This document shows, piece by piece, positions 9,460 through 20,170 of a DNA stretch of 64,000 nt. Location: contig CBDEGZ010000003.1 in assembly GCA_965238175.1 (NCBI GenBank), positions 1,216,001 through 1,280,000 on the forward strand, read 5' to 3'. Source of the stretch: Gammaproteobacteria bacterium. GTDB lineage: Bacteria > Pseudomonadota > Gammaproteobacteria > CAJXQU01. Position 1 is the stretch's first letter; every line of letters starts with the position of its first letter. The notes beneath the pieces are model-generated. The model was not told where the DNA came from, ran no database searches, and saw nothing but the letters and a program-made list of their open reading frames with translations. The position numbers were made by a program, and so were the translations under genes.

Positions 9460-9485
9460 CAATAAGTCATTTTAATTTGACACTC

Positions 9486-9514
9486 AAAGCCGAAGTTAAT
9501 CTTCGGCTTTTTTT
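9486..9514 (+). terminator. Rho-independent terminator
   Basis: Same hairpin as after paralogue B. Confidence 0.85.
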
Positions 9515-9585
9515 GTTTAAGGGATAAAGGCTCAGTAACAAGATGACCGAATCGACCAGCGATAATAAAATGAAAGCTCCTTCTC

Positions 9586-10221
9586 TAGTCGAAATGCTGA
9601 ATAAATGCTGACTAAAAGCCATACGGGTGGTTTTCAACCGAATTTGATTGGGAATGAGACTTACTTCAACTACTAACTCCCTCTACCCCTTTACTAGTGC
9701 TATCCGCTCGCAATTCCCTGGCATGACTTTGAGCAAGCCCTTGCCAAGCACTACACTCAGGGATTTAGCTATATGGCAGCAAAATCTCCATTGCCAGCAC
9801 AGCGAAGGGTAATATCATCGTTGGTACAATGAGTCACTTACAGAGCCTGCATGACAGCCATACTTTTTACTGCCGTATTGATGCATATCGAAACGTTACG
9901 GGGTAAAGTCGTTCACACAGCTGTTTGTGTTCGAGACTATCGAAGCCATCATTGGCTATCTGAAATCAGATTTTCGGTTATCAAGAAACTTCCTCAAAGG
10001 TATATCAGGCAATGAAATTAATCTGCTAATGGCACTGTCTGGAACTTGAAGAAATGGCTAGTCGCCATTTATCTGGCCTTATTTTTGTGGCTTAAAAGGA
10101 ATGCTATACAGAATCAAAATCAACCCAGCATCAATGCAACGTTAAATCGAGGTTGCTCAGAGCCAAAGGCTTCTCTGGCAAATATCCATATCGTAAGTTG
10201 AAACTTTTTCAGGGGCGACTA
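9586..10221 (+). pseudogene. Degraded IS5-family transposase remnant
   Basis: Fragments such as IEAIIGYLKSDFRLSRNFLKGISGNEINLLMA...WNLKKWL; end TTTTTCAGGGGCGACTA with a weak partner TAGTCG at 9586. Confidence 0.65.
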
Positions 10222-10225
10222 TGTC

Positions 10226-10561
10226 TATACCGTGCTACTTGGAAATGCAGATTTCAGCGAGTCCAAGCGTCTACACAGGAAGGCCGTGTACGCCGAGAAT
10301 GGCCTAGTGTGTAATTTGGCTATTTTCAAGTAGGTTAACGCCGTTGTGTGGATGCTTGGACTCGCCCTCGATATATGTTCCAGGAACATTCTATCTCCTG
10401 CGTCCATGCAGTCGTCTGGCTGGCTCTAACATTCTCGCTGGGCAGCGTTGTGTTTCTTGAAAAGAGCCAAGCAACTAACAAGCCCCTTTCCGGCGAAACA
10501 TGCCTTGCCAGCAAGAACGATAGAGCCACTGAAACCTGCAGTTTCAAGTAGCACGGGTATA
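10226..10561. mobile_element. ERIC-like MITE, long form
   Basis: TIRs TATACCGTGCTACTTGGAAATGCAG / CTGCAGTTTCAAGTAGCACGGGTATA; colinear homologue at 46311-46638. Confidence 0.8.
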
Positions 10562-10595
10562 TACCGAGTTCAGATTTAGTATCATTATTCTAAAT

Positions 10596-13500
10596 CTAAT
10601 GGAAAGGTGAATTTTTTGGCTGTGGCTTTACAACAACAGTTTCAATTAAAGGCTTTTCCCAACCTCCTGTTAAGGTGTATCGCTGCTCAAGAACCTTGTC
10701 GATGACATTGGGTAAGCTTGGTATCATTTTTTTTGCAAGTACAATAGCAGTTCCTACACCTATTCCTACTGGACCAAAGACGGCCCCAGCAACGGGAAGA
10801 CTATCAGTGACAGAAGGAGTGACTGTAATCAGTTGGTCAAAATCTTGAGTAGCAAGGCCAATGCGGCCGACTATTTCAATATTGGCGGATGGGCCAATCA
10901 TATTCAGATTTTTAGTTCGGGCATTTCCTTGAGCTATTTCGAAATCACCCGAGATATTATCGAAGGTAAACCCTTTCTTAAATAGATCTTTAAAATCAAG
11001 TGTTAGACGCCGTTTTAACGACTGAAGGCTGACTAAGCCAAACACTTTCCCTAGATTATTTTTTATTTCCGTAAATCGCCCTTGTTCGACATTAATTTTT
11101 AGATTCCCTTTTAGCATTGCAAGATCAAGTTCTGCCGGTGAGCCTTGCCAGTTGGCGTCAATGATCAGTTCTGTTTTGCCCCCATCGACATCACTTTCTC
11201 CAAAACCAAATTGATCTAACATAGGGTTTAATTTTTCACCCTTAGCTTGAAGTTTGAATTCTGACCATTGTTGTTTGTCTTGTTTTACCCAATGACCGCG
11301 TATATCTATCTTAGTTGCTGGACTCGATAAAATCAGTTTATTTATATTGATTCCTTTGCTTTCAGGTTTTATGTGTAATTGTAGGGAACCGAGATTTAAA
11401 TCATTGTATTGAAAAGATTTGCTTGTAAGCTGTAGTTCCGGGATTTGTTTTGGGTTTAACTTTGATTTTTGATTGTCGTTTTTTGACGACATAATCTTAA
11501 GGCGTTTAAAATCAGTCTTTATTGAATTTCTTTGAGTGTCATATGGAATGGTTATTTTGCCTTTCGTATCTTTACTATCAATTTCGACTTGCCAGGCATT
11601 AGCCATCGTTTTTCCAATGATGTGATTATTTATAAGGTTTTGTCCAAATACATTTAGTTGATCAATGTTAAGATCAATCGATAGAAAATTTTCTGTTGGT
11701 GTCTGGTAGGAGGAGTCAGGCTCAAAAATTTGATCAAAAAAATTCGTCCAAGCGGAAGTATTTATATTATCTATGCGTCCATCAATAGTGATTAGCTGTT
11801 TTATATTTTTTTTAGGCGAGCTTTTTGAACCAAAGGTGAGTGCAAATTTCTGTAAGTCTGTGGTTTTATTCTGAGTGATAAAATCAATATTTCCATATAA
11901 CGAATTGTTGTAATCAAATTCAACATGACGTTTTGGATTGTTAGATAACGATGTGCTAATTTTTAGTGGCCGGATCCCCGTTGTTGTTTTACCGATAGGT
12001 GCTGGTGCTTTGATCTTGAGCCCTTTCAGATCGGAGCTTATCAATAGACCGGTTTCTTCATCTGGCGCACCTATTTTGGCTGGCAAAGAGAGTTGTGCTT
12101 GCCAGGCGGTACTTCCATTAATTAAATCCAGAGCTTTTAGATGTTTTGGCTGCATGCCAATTTGAATCATGCGATTCGAAATGTAACTTTTATCAGCTAT
12201 ACCAGAAAACTGGACATCGGATTTGGAGTTTCTGTCGTCAATGTCCAGAAATATTTTGATCGGACTGTCATAAAGTAAGGCTTTTAAAGCTTTCCCTCGC
12301 CAACGGTGTCGGTCAAATAAAAACTTACCTTTGAGTGCTTTAAGTTCAATTCCTAATGATTCAAGCGACAAGACATTTTTGTTTAGATGAATACTACCTT
12401 CCACTTGTGGTGTTTCTTCACCTGCAAGAGGTATATCTAGCTTGAGATCCAAATTCAATTTGCCTTTGATTTTCATGTGGTTAAGTTGTTTCCCAACAGA
12501 AGTCTTTAGGGGGCTGTTATAGATAAATCGTAAGCCATCTTTCATTTTTCCTTTGGCTTTTCCATTTATCAAAAGGTGGTGGTTGTTTGAAAGTAAATCC
12601 GGAATTTCAACAATCGTATCTTTTAGATCAGCATTATAAATTTTTGCATTTGGAGACCTTACCACCATCTTTTGACTATCAAAGACAACCTCGGCAGTGA
12701 TCTCTTCTATCCTCGGCCAACCCTCGAAATAATCTAATATGCCATCTTCGCCAGTCAGACGAACTTCAAATAAACCACTTTCATCTGTAAATGGAAATTC
12801 TTCTAAAGGGCCGCGAAAAACAACACTCCCTCCTGTTAGGCGACCACTGACGATGGAGCGATCAAGCCATTTATTTGCCTTGCCATGAAGAAGGTTTGAC
12901 GGGATCATTTTAACGATAGGTTCAACATTGCCGCGAAAAAAAGTGCCTTGTAGATCAATTAGGTGTGAGCTGCTTGTTTGTTTATCTACTGAACCCGTTA
13001 GTTGAAATTCAAGGTCAGGATTTACTAGTGTTATTTGTGGAATAGAAAGTTTCCAGCCATGACTAGATTTTTGCCAGTCTAGTTGGCCATTCAGCGTGTC
13101 TAATTTGATTGATGGTTCCAGCTCTCCAGAGTCGAGTAATCTGTCTATCAATAAGTTTTGGCTATCGAGAACTAAGGAGATGATGTTTTTATTAATTTGA
13201 ACTTTGCCTGCAAGATTTTTGAATCCTGGGATTTTTCCACTTGGAGACGTATTTAGATTTGAAAAATCACTCTCAAGCAGCATTGATGAAGGTAGATTTT
13301 TTTGGTCTAAATGTAGCTTTATATTTTCAAGATTTCCTTCTGGTTGATAGGCCGCCATTTTTTTAATGAGTGACTCTGGTAAAACTTTGGCGAGGTCATT
13401 TATGACCAGTTTACTTAGGCTAGCGTCTAACTCCGGTTTTTCAAAGGAAAAGTTTGTTGGCACATGTAGAAGTACCGACAAAGGGTGCCAGCGATGATCA

Positions 13501-14474
13501 TATGTTTTAATCAATAATTCAGGTAAAGAAAACTGCCAGTTCTCAGGAGTTGATTTTTTTACCGTAAATTCACTGCTTATAGAATTAATTGTTGCTGTAT
13601 CTATTAAGGAAAAATATCCATCCAGTTCAGTAATTTTTGAATGATGCCAGCGGATATTTGTATTCGAACTTATTGTTGGATTGTTTATGAAGATATGTTC
13701 ATTTTGTAGAGCTAAATTTAATTTTTCATTAAGATCTGTGGGTAAATAGGGTGTCAGATCAATTTGCTCTGTGACGATGTTTAGATTGGCATTCCAATTT
13801 GGATCAAATGGATTTCCTTTTATTTTTAGATCAAAGTTAAATCCGCTTTGGCTTTCAGCAATTCTGGCTGAGCCTTTTAAAAAGTGTTGATTCTTATTCG
13901 GTTTATTGGTTAGTTCTAAATCAACATCTTTTAAAATTATCTTTTGCTGCGTTTGAAGTTGCCACTTGTTTTCGTGCCAGGTGATATTCGAATCGGTGAG
14001 TTTTAAGTGCGATTGTTCTAATAACCAACGCGAAAACTGATCACTATCAGAGGCTTCTTCTGTTAAACCGAGTAGTGATACCTTTCCATCTTCTTGATGG
14101 ACAAGCTCTATCGTTAATCCAGAAAACTCAAGCTGTCCGACATTAACTTTCCACTCAACTAGAGATTGGAATAGATCAACATTTAGCTTGGCCTGATTAA
14201 ATCGTGTAAGGCTTTGGTGTGTATTTCGATTAAATACTTCGACACCAGACAGTTTCAGATGAGGGATGATGCCATGCCACTCAACCTCTAGAGCATCTAC
14301 TTCGACAGGTTGGCCAGTCGTTGTGTTTACCCATTCAAGGATCTTCGGTCTCAGATCATCAATATTTGAACTTGTTAGCCAGATTAGGCTAATCGTTAAT
14401 ATCCCAAAAATAAAAGTAAAAAATATCAGGAACCAACTCAGACTGAGCAGCGAGTGTATGAGTCGTTTAAACAT
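10596..14474 (-). CDS. yhdP: YhdP (AsmA-like phospholipid transport protein)
   Basis: 1292 aa, N-terminal TM anchor, C-terminal RRLTLDFKDLF...GF.FD.I.G motif; directly downstream of rng. Confidence 0.88.
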   Translation of the reverse strand: MFKRLIHSLLSLSWFLIFFTFIFGILTISLIWLTSSNIDDLRPKILEWVNTTTGQPVEVDALEVEWHGIIPHLKLSGVEVFNRNTHQSLTRFNQAKLNVDLFQSLVEWKVNVGQLEFSGLTIELVHQEDGKVSLLGLTEEASDSDQFSRWLLEQSHLKLTDSNITWHENKWQLQTQQKIILKDVDLELTNKPNKNQHFLKGSARIAESQSGFNFDLKIKGNPFDPNWNANLNIVTEQIDLTPYLPTDLNEKLNLALQNEHIFINNPTISSNTNIRWHHSKITELDGYFSLIDTATINSISSEFTVKKSTPENWQFSLPELLIKTYDHRWHPLSVLLHVPTNFSFEKPELDASLSKLVINDLAKVLPESLIKKMAAYQPEGNLENIKLHLDQKNLPSSMLLESDFSNLNTSPSGKIPGFKNLAGKVQINKNIISLVLDSQNLLIDRLLDSGELEPSIKLDTLNGQLDWQKSSHGWKLSIPQITLVNPDLEFQLTGSVDKQTSSSHLIDLQGTFFRGNVEPIVKMIPSNLLHGKANKWLDRSIVSGRLTGGSVVFRGPLEEFPFTDESGLFEVRLTGEDGILDYFEGWPRIEEITAEVVFDSQKMVVRSPNAKIYNADLKDTIVEIPDLLSNNHHLLINGKAKGKMKDGLRFIYNSPLKTSVGKQLNHMKIKGKLNLDLKLDIPLAGEETPQVEGSIHLNKNVLSLESLGIELKALKGKFLFDRHRWRGKALKALLYDSPIKIFLDIDDRNSKSDVQFSGIADKSYISNRMIQIGMQPKHLKALDLINGSTAWQAQLSLPAKIGAPDEETGLLISSDLKGLKIKAPAPIGKTTTGIRPLKISTSLSNNPKRHVEFDYNNSLYGNIDFITQNKTTDLQKFALTFGSKSSPKKNIKQLITIDGRIDNINTSAWTNFFDQIFEPDSSYQTPTENFLSIDLNIDQLNVFGQNLINNHIIGKTMANAWQVEIDSKDTKGKITIPYDTQRNSIKTDFKRLKIMSSKNDNQKSKLNPKQIPELQLTSKSFQYNDLNLGSLQLHIKPESKGININKLILSSPATKIDIRGHWVKQDKQQWSEFKLQAKGEKLNPMLDQFGFGESDVDGGKTELIIDANWQGSPAELDLAMLKGNLKINVEQGRFTEIKNNLGKVFGLVSLQSLKRRLTLDFKDLFKKGFTFDNISGDFEIAQGNARTKNLNMIGPSANIEIVGRIGLATQDFDQLITVTPSVTDSLPVAGAVFGPVGIGVGTAIVLAKKMIPSLPNVIDKVLEQRYTLTGGWEKPLIETVVVKPQPKNSPFH

Positions 14475-14507
14475 TCAGTAGTTTGATCCTTGTGGTTCTA
14501 TTTTTTA

Positions 14508-16046
14508 TCAAAGTAGCACAATGTCGTATTGTTCTTGATAGTACATAGGCTCAGCTTGAAATTTGATTGGGATTTTAATGAATTCTTCCAATTCTGCGAC
14601 ACCGTTTGATTCTTCATCGAGTAGTCGGTCGACAACATCTTGTGCAGCGACGACTAATAATTTACGAGCTTCAAATTGTCTTGCTTCACGGAGGATTTCT
14701 CGAAAAATTTCATAGCAAATTGTCTCTGCTGTTTTTATAGAGCCGCTACCTTTACAGATTGGACAAGGTTCACAGAGGATATGTTCCAAACTTTCACGTG
14801 TTCTTTTTCGTGTGATTTGAACCAGACCTAAAGACGTGATTTCGCTAATGGTGATTTTGGAGTGATCATGTGACAGACTTTTTTCCAAAGCGCGCAAAAC
14901 TTGTCGTTGATGCTCGGGATCTTTCATGTCGATAAAATCAACAATGATCATTCCACCTAAGTTCCTCAAACGCAATTGTCGTGAGAGTGCCAGTGCAGAT
15001 TCTAGATTAGTTTTGAAGATGGTTTCTTCTAGGTTTCGATTACCGACAAAGGTGCCCGTATTTACATCAATGGTGGTCATTGCTTCGGTTTGATCAATAA
15101 CCAGATGCCCCCCTGATTTCAGATTAACCTTTCGTTCTAGTGCTTTTTGCAGTTCATCTTCAATCGCATACAGATCCATGATCGGCCGGCCGCCAAGGTA
15201 GTGTTCAATTTTCGGAACTAGATCGGGAACAAATTCATTTGTGAAGGTGGCAACTTTGTCGTAAGTTTCTTTTGAATCGATACGAATTTTTTCGATGGAT
15301 GAATCATCAAGACTCCTGACCATACGTAATAACATCGGTAGATCTTCATATACGATTTTTGGTGCCCGAGATTCGTTCACTTGAGATCCGTTTGCCTGGT
15401 TTTTAATTGATAGCCATAAACGTTTGAGAAACTTTATATCAGTGGAGGCTTGTTTCTCCTCTATGCCCTCGGCAGCCGTTCTTAATATTAGTCCGTAGGA
15501 TCCTAGTGAACCTTCTTCTTTGTTATCTTCATTCTCATCAATTTCTTTTTTACAATTGATAATGACTTCTCTGAGGCGTTCCCGTTCTTCTATATCTTCA
15601 ATTCTTTGAGATACACCGACGACTTCCTCATTAGGAAGTAGCACTAGATAGCGAGAAGGGATGCTTAAATGCGTAGTTAAACGAGCGCCTTTGCTGCCTA
15701 AAGGATCTTTTGTTACCTGTACAAGTACATTTTGACCTTCTCGCAGAATTTGTTCGATTGCTAATTCAGATTCAGAAACCTCTGGAACTGTCTTGCCGTT
15801 GTTATTGTTTTGATTTTTATGCTCGGCGATATCGAGTACGTGTAAGAAAGCAGTGCGTTCTATCCCTATGTCGATGAAAGCGGCTTGCATTCCAGGCAAT
15901 ACCCGAGAAACTGTGCCCATGTAGATATTACCTACTAGCCCACGTTTGGCTAATCGTTCAATTACGACTTCCTGTAATACTCCATTTTCGACTAATGCTA
16001 TGCGGGTCTCTTGTGGGGTGATATTGACTAATATTTCTTCACTCAT
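14508..16046 (-). CDS. rng: Ribonuclease G
   Basis: MSEEILVN, VLPGMQAAF S1 domain, TEAMTTIDVNTG, LRNLGG motifs. Confidence 0.95.
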   Translation of the reverse strand: MSEEILVNITPQETRIALVENGVLQEVVIERLAKRGLVGNIYMGTVSRVLPGMQAAFIDIGIERTAFLHVLDIAEHKNQNNNNGKTVPEVSESELAIEQILREGQNVLVQVTKDPLGSKGARLTTHLSIPSRYLVLLPNEEVVGVSQRIEDIEERERLREVIINCKKEIDENEDNKEEGSLGSYGLILRTAAEGIEEKQASTDIKFLKRLWLSIKNQANGSQVNESRAPKIVYEDLPMLLRMVRSLDDSSIEKIRIDSKETYDKVATFTNEFVPDLVPKIEHYLGGRPIMDLYAIEDELQKALERKVNLKSGGHLVIDQTEAMTTIDVNTGTFVGNRNLEETIFKTNLESALALSRQLRLRNLGGMIIVDFIDMKDPEHQRQVLRALEKSLSHDHSKITISEITSLGLVQITRKRTRESLEHILCEPCPICKGSGSIKTAETICYEIFREILREARQFEARKLLVVAAQDVVDRLLDEESNGVAELEEFIKIPIKFQAEPMYYQEQYDIVLL

Positions 16047-16146
16047 AGGTGATTATTCTGCCTTTATTGACGTGATGTTGCCACCTTAAGAATGACAGTA
16101 TGTGATCCTTGCATTAATTGAGCCTGAATTGGGTCAATAGGGTAAA

Positions 16147-17601
16147 ATGAAACCTATGGATTTTATTGAGGGGTGCCGAAAAATATTGCCGCATGATTCT
16201 GTGATTTCGGATATGGAGTCTATGCGTCCCTACGAATGTGACGGGCTTTCTACACATCGCAGTCTACCCAAAGTAGTTTTAATGCCCGATAAGGCTGATC
16301 AAGTACAAGCGATTTTGAAGCTCTGTCATCAACATCAGGTCCCTGTTGTTGCAAGAGGTGCAGGTACAGGCCTTTCTGGAGGTGCGCGCCCAAACCCGGA
16401 TGCCGTTCTGTTGAGTCTGGCCAAATTTACCAGAATACTCGACGTTGATCCGAGCAATAGAACTGCAAAAGTTGAACCGGGTGTTCGAAACATTGTGATC
16501 TCGCAGATTGTTGAAGAGTATGGTCTTTTTTACGCACCGGATCCTTCTTCTCAGATTGCATGCACAATTGGTGGAAATGTTGCCGAAAATTCCGGCGGTG
16601 TGCATTGTCTAAAATATGGGCTGACAGTTCATAACATTCAATCGATTACCATGTTGACGATGGAAGGTGAATATCTTGAGTTGGGAGGTGATTCTCTCGA
16701 TTCACCTGGGTATGATTTATTAGCGGTAGCAACGGGATCAGAGGGTTTATTGGGTGTGATTGTGGCGGTTACGGTGAAATTAATACCGCTTCCAGAATAT
16801 ATCCAGGTCATTATGTCTTCTTTTGATGATGTTGAAAATGCAGGTAACGCAGTTGCAGCGGTGATTGCCGATGGCATTATTCCTGCTGGTTTAGAGATGA
16901 TGGATAAGCTGACAATAAAAGCGGCAGAAGATTTTATCCATGCTGGATATCCTGCAGAGGCTGCTGCGATTTTGCTTTGCGAACTCGACGGAACGCGAGA
17001 AGAGGTTGATACACAAGTCAAGCGAGTGAAAAGTATTATGGCGTTAAATGGCGCAATAGAATCTCGCATCGCAAAAGATCCTGCTGAGCAACAAATCTTT
17101 TGGGCTGGACGTAAAGCGGCTTTTCCGGCCGTTGGTCGGCTTGCACCTGATTATTATTGTGTTGATGGCACCATTCCACGAAAACATCTGGCGGCAGTTT
17201 TACAAAAGATTAATGATATTGCCGAAGAATACGGCTTACAGGTTGCCAATGTTTTTCATGCTGGCGACGGTAATCTACATCCTTTGATATTGTTTGACGC
17301 CAATAAAGATGGTGATCTTGAAAATGCTGAAGAGGTTGGTACAAAGATCCTTGAGCATTGCGTTGAAGTGGGAGGAACGGTGACTGGAGAACACGGCGTT
17401 GGAACCGAAAAACTGAAACCCATGTGTGTTCAATTTAGTGCAATGGAATTGCAACAATTTCATGCGATCAAATTTGTTTTTGATCCTGATGGTTTACTTA
17501 ATCCGGGTAAAGCGGTTCCAACGCTACAGCGATGTGCAGAATTTGGAGCAATGCATGTGCACCATGGTGAACTGTCTTTTCCTGACTTAGAACGGTTTTA
17601 A
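16147..17601 (+). CDS. glcD: Glycolate oxidase FAD-linked subunit GlcD
   Basis: YECDGL, ARGAGTGLSGG, PDPSSQIACTIGGN, HAGDGNLHP, GEHGVG and C-terminal FPDLERF. Confidence 0.88.
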   Translation: MKPMDFIEGCRKILPHDSVISDMESMRPYECDGLSTHRSLPKVVLMPDKADQVQAILKLCHQHQVPVVARGAGTGLSGGARPNPDAVLLSLAKFTRILDVDPSNRTAKVEPGVRNIVISQIVEEYGLFYAPDPSSQIACTIGGNVAENSGGVHCLKYGLTVHNIQSITMLTMEGEYLELGGDSLDSPGYDLLAVATGSEGLLGVIVAVTVKLIPLPEYIQVIMSSFDDVENAGNAVAAVIADGIIPAGLEMMDKLTIKAAEDFIHAGYPAEAAAILLCELDGTREEVDTQVKRVKSIMALNGAIESRIAKDPAEQQIFWAGRKAAFPAVGRLAPDYYCVDGTIPRKHLAAVLQKINDIAEEYGLQVANVFHAGDGNLHPLILFDANKDGDLENAEEVGTKILEHCVEVGGTVTGEHGVGTEKLKPMCVQFSAMELQQFHAIKFVFDPDGLLNPGKAVPTLQRCAEFGAMHVHHGELSFPDLERF

Positions 17602-18101
17602 TGTCGGAAGATAATCCCGAAAGTATTCCAGATCCAGTCAAACAACTTATCTCTCGTCTATCTGCGGGTGCTAACTCAATTCTCTTTGTTAGCCAAGAGA
17701 ATGATGAAGCAAAAAACAATCAAATAAATTTTGATCAAACTCATGTAATAACATTAACGTTAAGTCAGCTAAACGAAGATTTGATATCGAGATTAGGATT
17801 ATTTGACTTTGTTTTGATCAAAGACTTATTCGAAAAAATGGATAAACAAAAAGTTGAGAACATTATTGCCCAAATGCGAGATGTGCATACGCGAGAATTG
17901 TTATTGATCATCTCCGAATCCAGTTTTAATCAAGCTTCTGATTTGATTAGCCTGGGATTTACTCGGGTTGCAGAATTTGATCAAGATGGACAGGTTCACC
18001 AAGCATGGTATTTCGCACTAGAAAGTTATAAAAGGGTACCTGAGTGGTTGAATAGTCAATATTGGGCTAACCCTGAACTATTTAAAAAATACCGCTGGTG
18101 A
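17601..18101 (+). CDS. Hypothetical protein (DUF6231-like)
   Basis: C-terminal YKRVPEWLNSQYWANPE motif; coupled to glcD. Confidence 0.6.
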   Translation: MSEDNPESIPDPVKQLISRLSAGANSILFVSQENDEAKNNQINFDQTHVITLTLSQLNEDLISRLGLFDFVLIKDLFEKMDKQKVENIIAQMRDVHTRELLLIISESSFNQASDLISLGFTRVAEFDQDGQVHQAWYFALESYKRVPEWLNSQYWANPELFKKYRW

Positions 18102-18133
18102 AAAAGTGTATGACCCGCTTTGATTGATGATGG

Positions 18134-20116
18134 TTAGGAAAGTGCCGTAACGTCGACAGGTTGGGCCGCAACTATGGCAGGGTATTTTTCAACTTTTCCC
18201 TCACGATCAAGTACAATACAAACCTGATTTCGTCCTTTAGATTTTGCTGAATAAACACCTTTATCTGCGGCTTTGAGTAGATCCTTAACGTTTGAATCTT
18301 CGGCACATCGTGTTGCAATGCCAACGCTGATTGTGACGAATAGTTGTTGATCATCAACCGAAAGTGAGAGTGCTTCAACGGCGGAGCGTAAACGTTCAGC
18401 TGTCACTTTTACTTCATCTAGATCAGTATTTGTACAAATGACTAGAAATTCTTCACCACCGATGCGACAAACTTCATCATCTACACGTGCGGCTGTTCTT
18501 AAGGTTTGAGCAACTTCATGGAGAACGGTATCGCCTACGTCATGGCCGAAAGTATCATTAACGTCTTTGAACAGATCGATATCAATTAATATGCAACTTA
18601 GAGGGTTTTGATCTCGGTCAGAACTTGCCCATTCTTGATCAAGACGACTGGTGGCATAGCGCCGATTAGGTATTTTTGTTAATGCATCCGTTAAAGCGGC
18701 TTGTTCAAGGTGCTTATTTGCAATGGCAAGCTCTGCCAGAATTTGTTGGTTTTGATATTGTTCTTCTTTAATGGCTTCCTGTAATTGGAATACACGTTGT
18801 CCACCACGGATCCTGGCTTTTACTATATTGGGACGAGCTGGTTTTTCAATGTAGTCATCCACACCCGATTTGAATGCTTTAATTAGCGATCCCTCATCTG
18901 TTTTTGCAGTCAGGGCAATAATGTAAATTTTTTGACCGACACGTGTCTTTCGTAGTGTTCGACATAACTCAAGGCCATCCATTTCCGGCATCGATAAATC
19001 AGTAATCAATAATTGAGGTGTGTCTTCTAAGGCTATTTTCAGCGCTTCTTTGCCGCTGTTTGCAAAGCTGACTGAGTGCCCATCTTTCGACAGTTGATGT
19101 TCTAATAGAACGGATGATTCAGGATCATCATCGACGATTAATATTTGCAGTCCAATTTCCTGCGTTCTATCCAAATCAACAAGCTCAAACGAGGTATCGA
19201 TTTGACGACTAATTAGATCATAACCTGTTGATTCATCGATGGGGACATCAAGCAGTTGGCTCCATTCAGCCCATACTTTCAGGGCTTGATTAAAAAGTGA
19301 AGACAACTCGTCCGAATCAATTCCGGTTTTGATCACCTCTTTTTCAAGCGAGCGGTATAGAGGGTGATCCTGAGAGCGGCCTTCTACACACAAGCTGGCT
19401 AGTCGTGCGGAATAATTTAGGCATTGTGCGAGTGCTTTGGTGCGTGGATTCTTGCTCGTAAGTTGATCTATTTCATAGATGCCATAGATCGCCTCATAAT
19501 GAACAGCGGGTAAACCCCAATCCTTTAACATCGCGTGGCCCATTTCAAGGTGGTTTGTATAAAATTGTTTTTGTTCGGCGGCTAATAAGGCATCAATTGA
19601 TTTTTCACCAACGGTTTTGAGAATCTCGTTGTATTGATCTGGATAAACATTAGCCAAACCAAGACGTCCAGCATTACTTAAAAGGCCGACAGTGAAAGCT
19701 TCGTCTTTGGGAAATAGGTTGTCTCGATCACTCAACAATTGAGTACTAATGCCCATAGCAAGCGAATAAGGCCAGAAATTTTCATAATCAAAACTGCGGC
19801 AATGTCCTTGCGTATTTGTGGATAAAACCGACAGTTCCAGTGTGAGATGCTGAGTTACACCCAGTCCAATTCGAGCAATGGTTTCTGAAAGTGAAACCGT
19901 AGGTCTTGATCCGTTTGTGTTTCCACTGAGTGAATTTGCTAGTTTGATCAAGCGCCCAGCCAATGCCGGATCTGCCTGAATTATGTGGGTGATATATTCT
20001 GTAGAAACCTGCTTGTTCTGCAAATGTTCTAATACGTTTAAAGCTATACTAGTCGGGGAAGGCAGATCACCGATGGCCTTTAGTTCCAGGAAGCGGTGTT
20101 TGGATAGTCGTAGCAT
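18134..20116 (-). CDS. Diguanylate cyclase with HDOD-receiver-GGDEF architecture
   Basis: N-terminal LPSP...DPALAGRLIKLANS (HDOD); IVDDD...DLSMP (REC); RVDD I-site and GGEEF. Confidence 0.9.
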   Translation of the reverse strand: MLRLSKHRFLELKAIGDLPSPTSIALNVLEHLQNKQVSTEYITHIIQADPALAGRLIKLANSLSGNTNGSRPTVSLSETIARIGLGVTQHLTLELSVLSTNTQGHCRSFDYENFWPYSLAMGISTQLLSDRDNLFPKDEAFTVGLLSNAGRLGLANVYPDQYNEILKTVGEKSIDALLAAEQKQFYTNHLEMGHAMLKDWGLPAVHYEAIYGIYEIDQLTSKNPRTKALAQCLNYSARLASLCVEGRSQDHPLYRSLEKEVIKTGIDSDELSSLFNQALKVWAEWSQLLDVPIDESTGYDLISRQIDTSFELVDLDRTQEIGLQILIVDDDPESSVLLEHQLSKDGHSVSFANSGKEALKIALEDTPQLLITDLSMPEMDGLELCRTLRKTRVGQKIYIIALTAKTDEGSLIKAFKSGVDDYIEKPARPNIVKARIRGGQRVFQLQEAIKEEQYQNQQILAELAIANKHLEQAALTDALTKIPNRRYATSRLDQEWASSDRDQNPLSCILIDIDLFKDVNDTFGHDVGDTVLHEVAQTLRTAARVDDEVCRIGGEEFLVICTNTDLDEVKVTAERLRSAVEALSLSVDDQQLFVTISVGIATRCAEDSNVKDLLKAADKGVYSAKSKGRNQVCIVLDREGKVEKYPAIVAAQPVDVTALS

Positions 20117-20170
20117 GGCCTCTGTAGCGACAACTTGTTACACTTCCTTTAAATATCTCGGGAGAAAGAA

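Noticed and set aside
10225-10551. Short ORFs of 60-70 aa here, at 21403-21585 and at 46278-46754
   Set aside because: They fall within or across MITE sequence and show no protein-like features.
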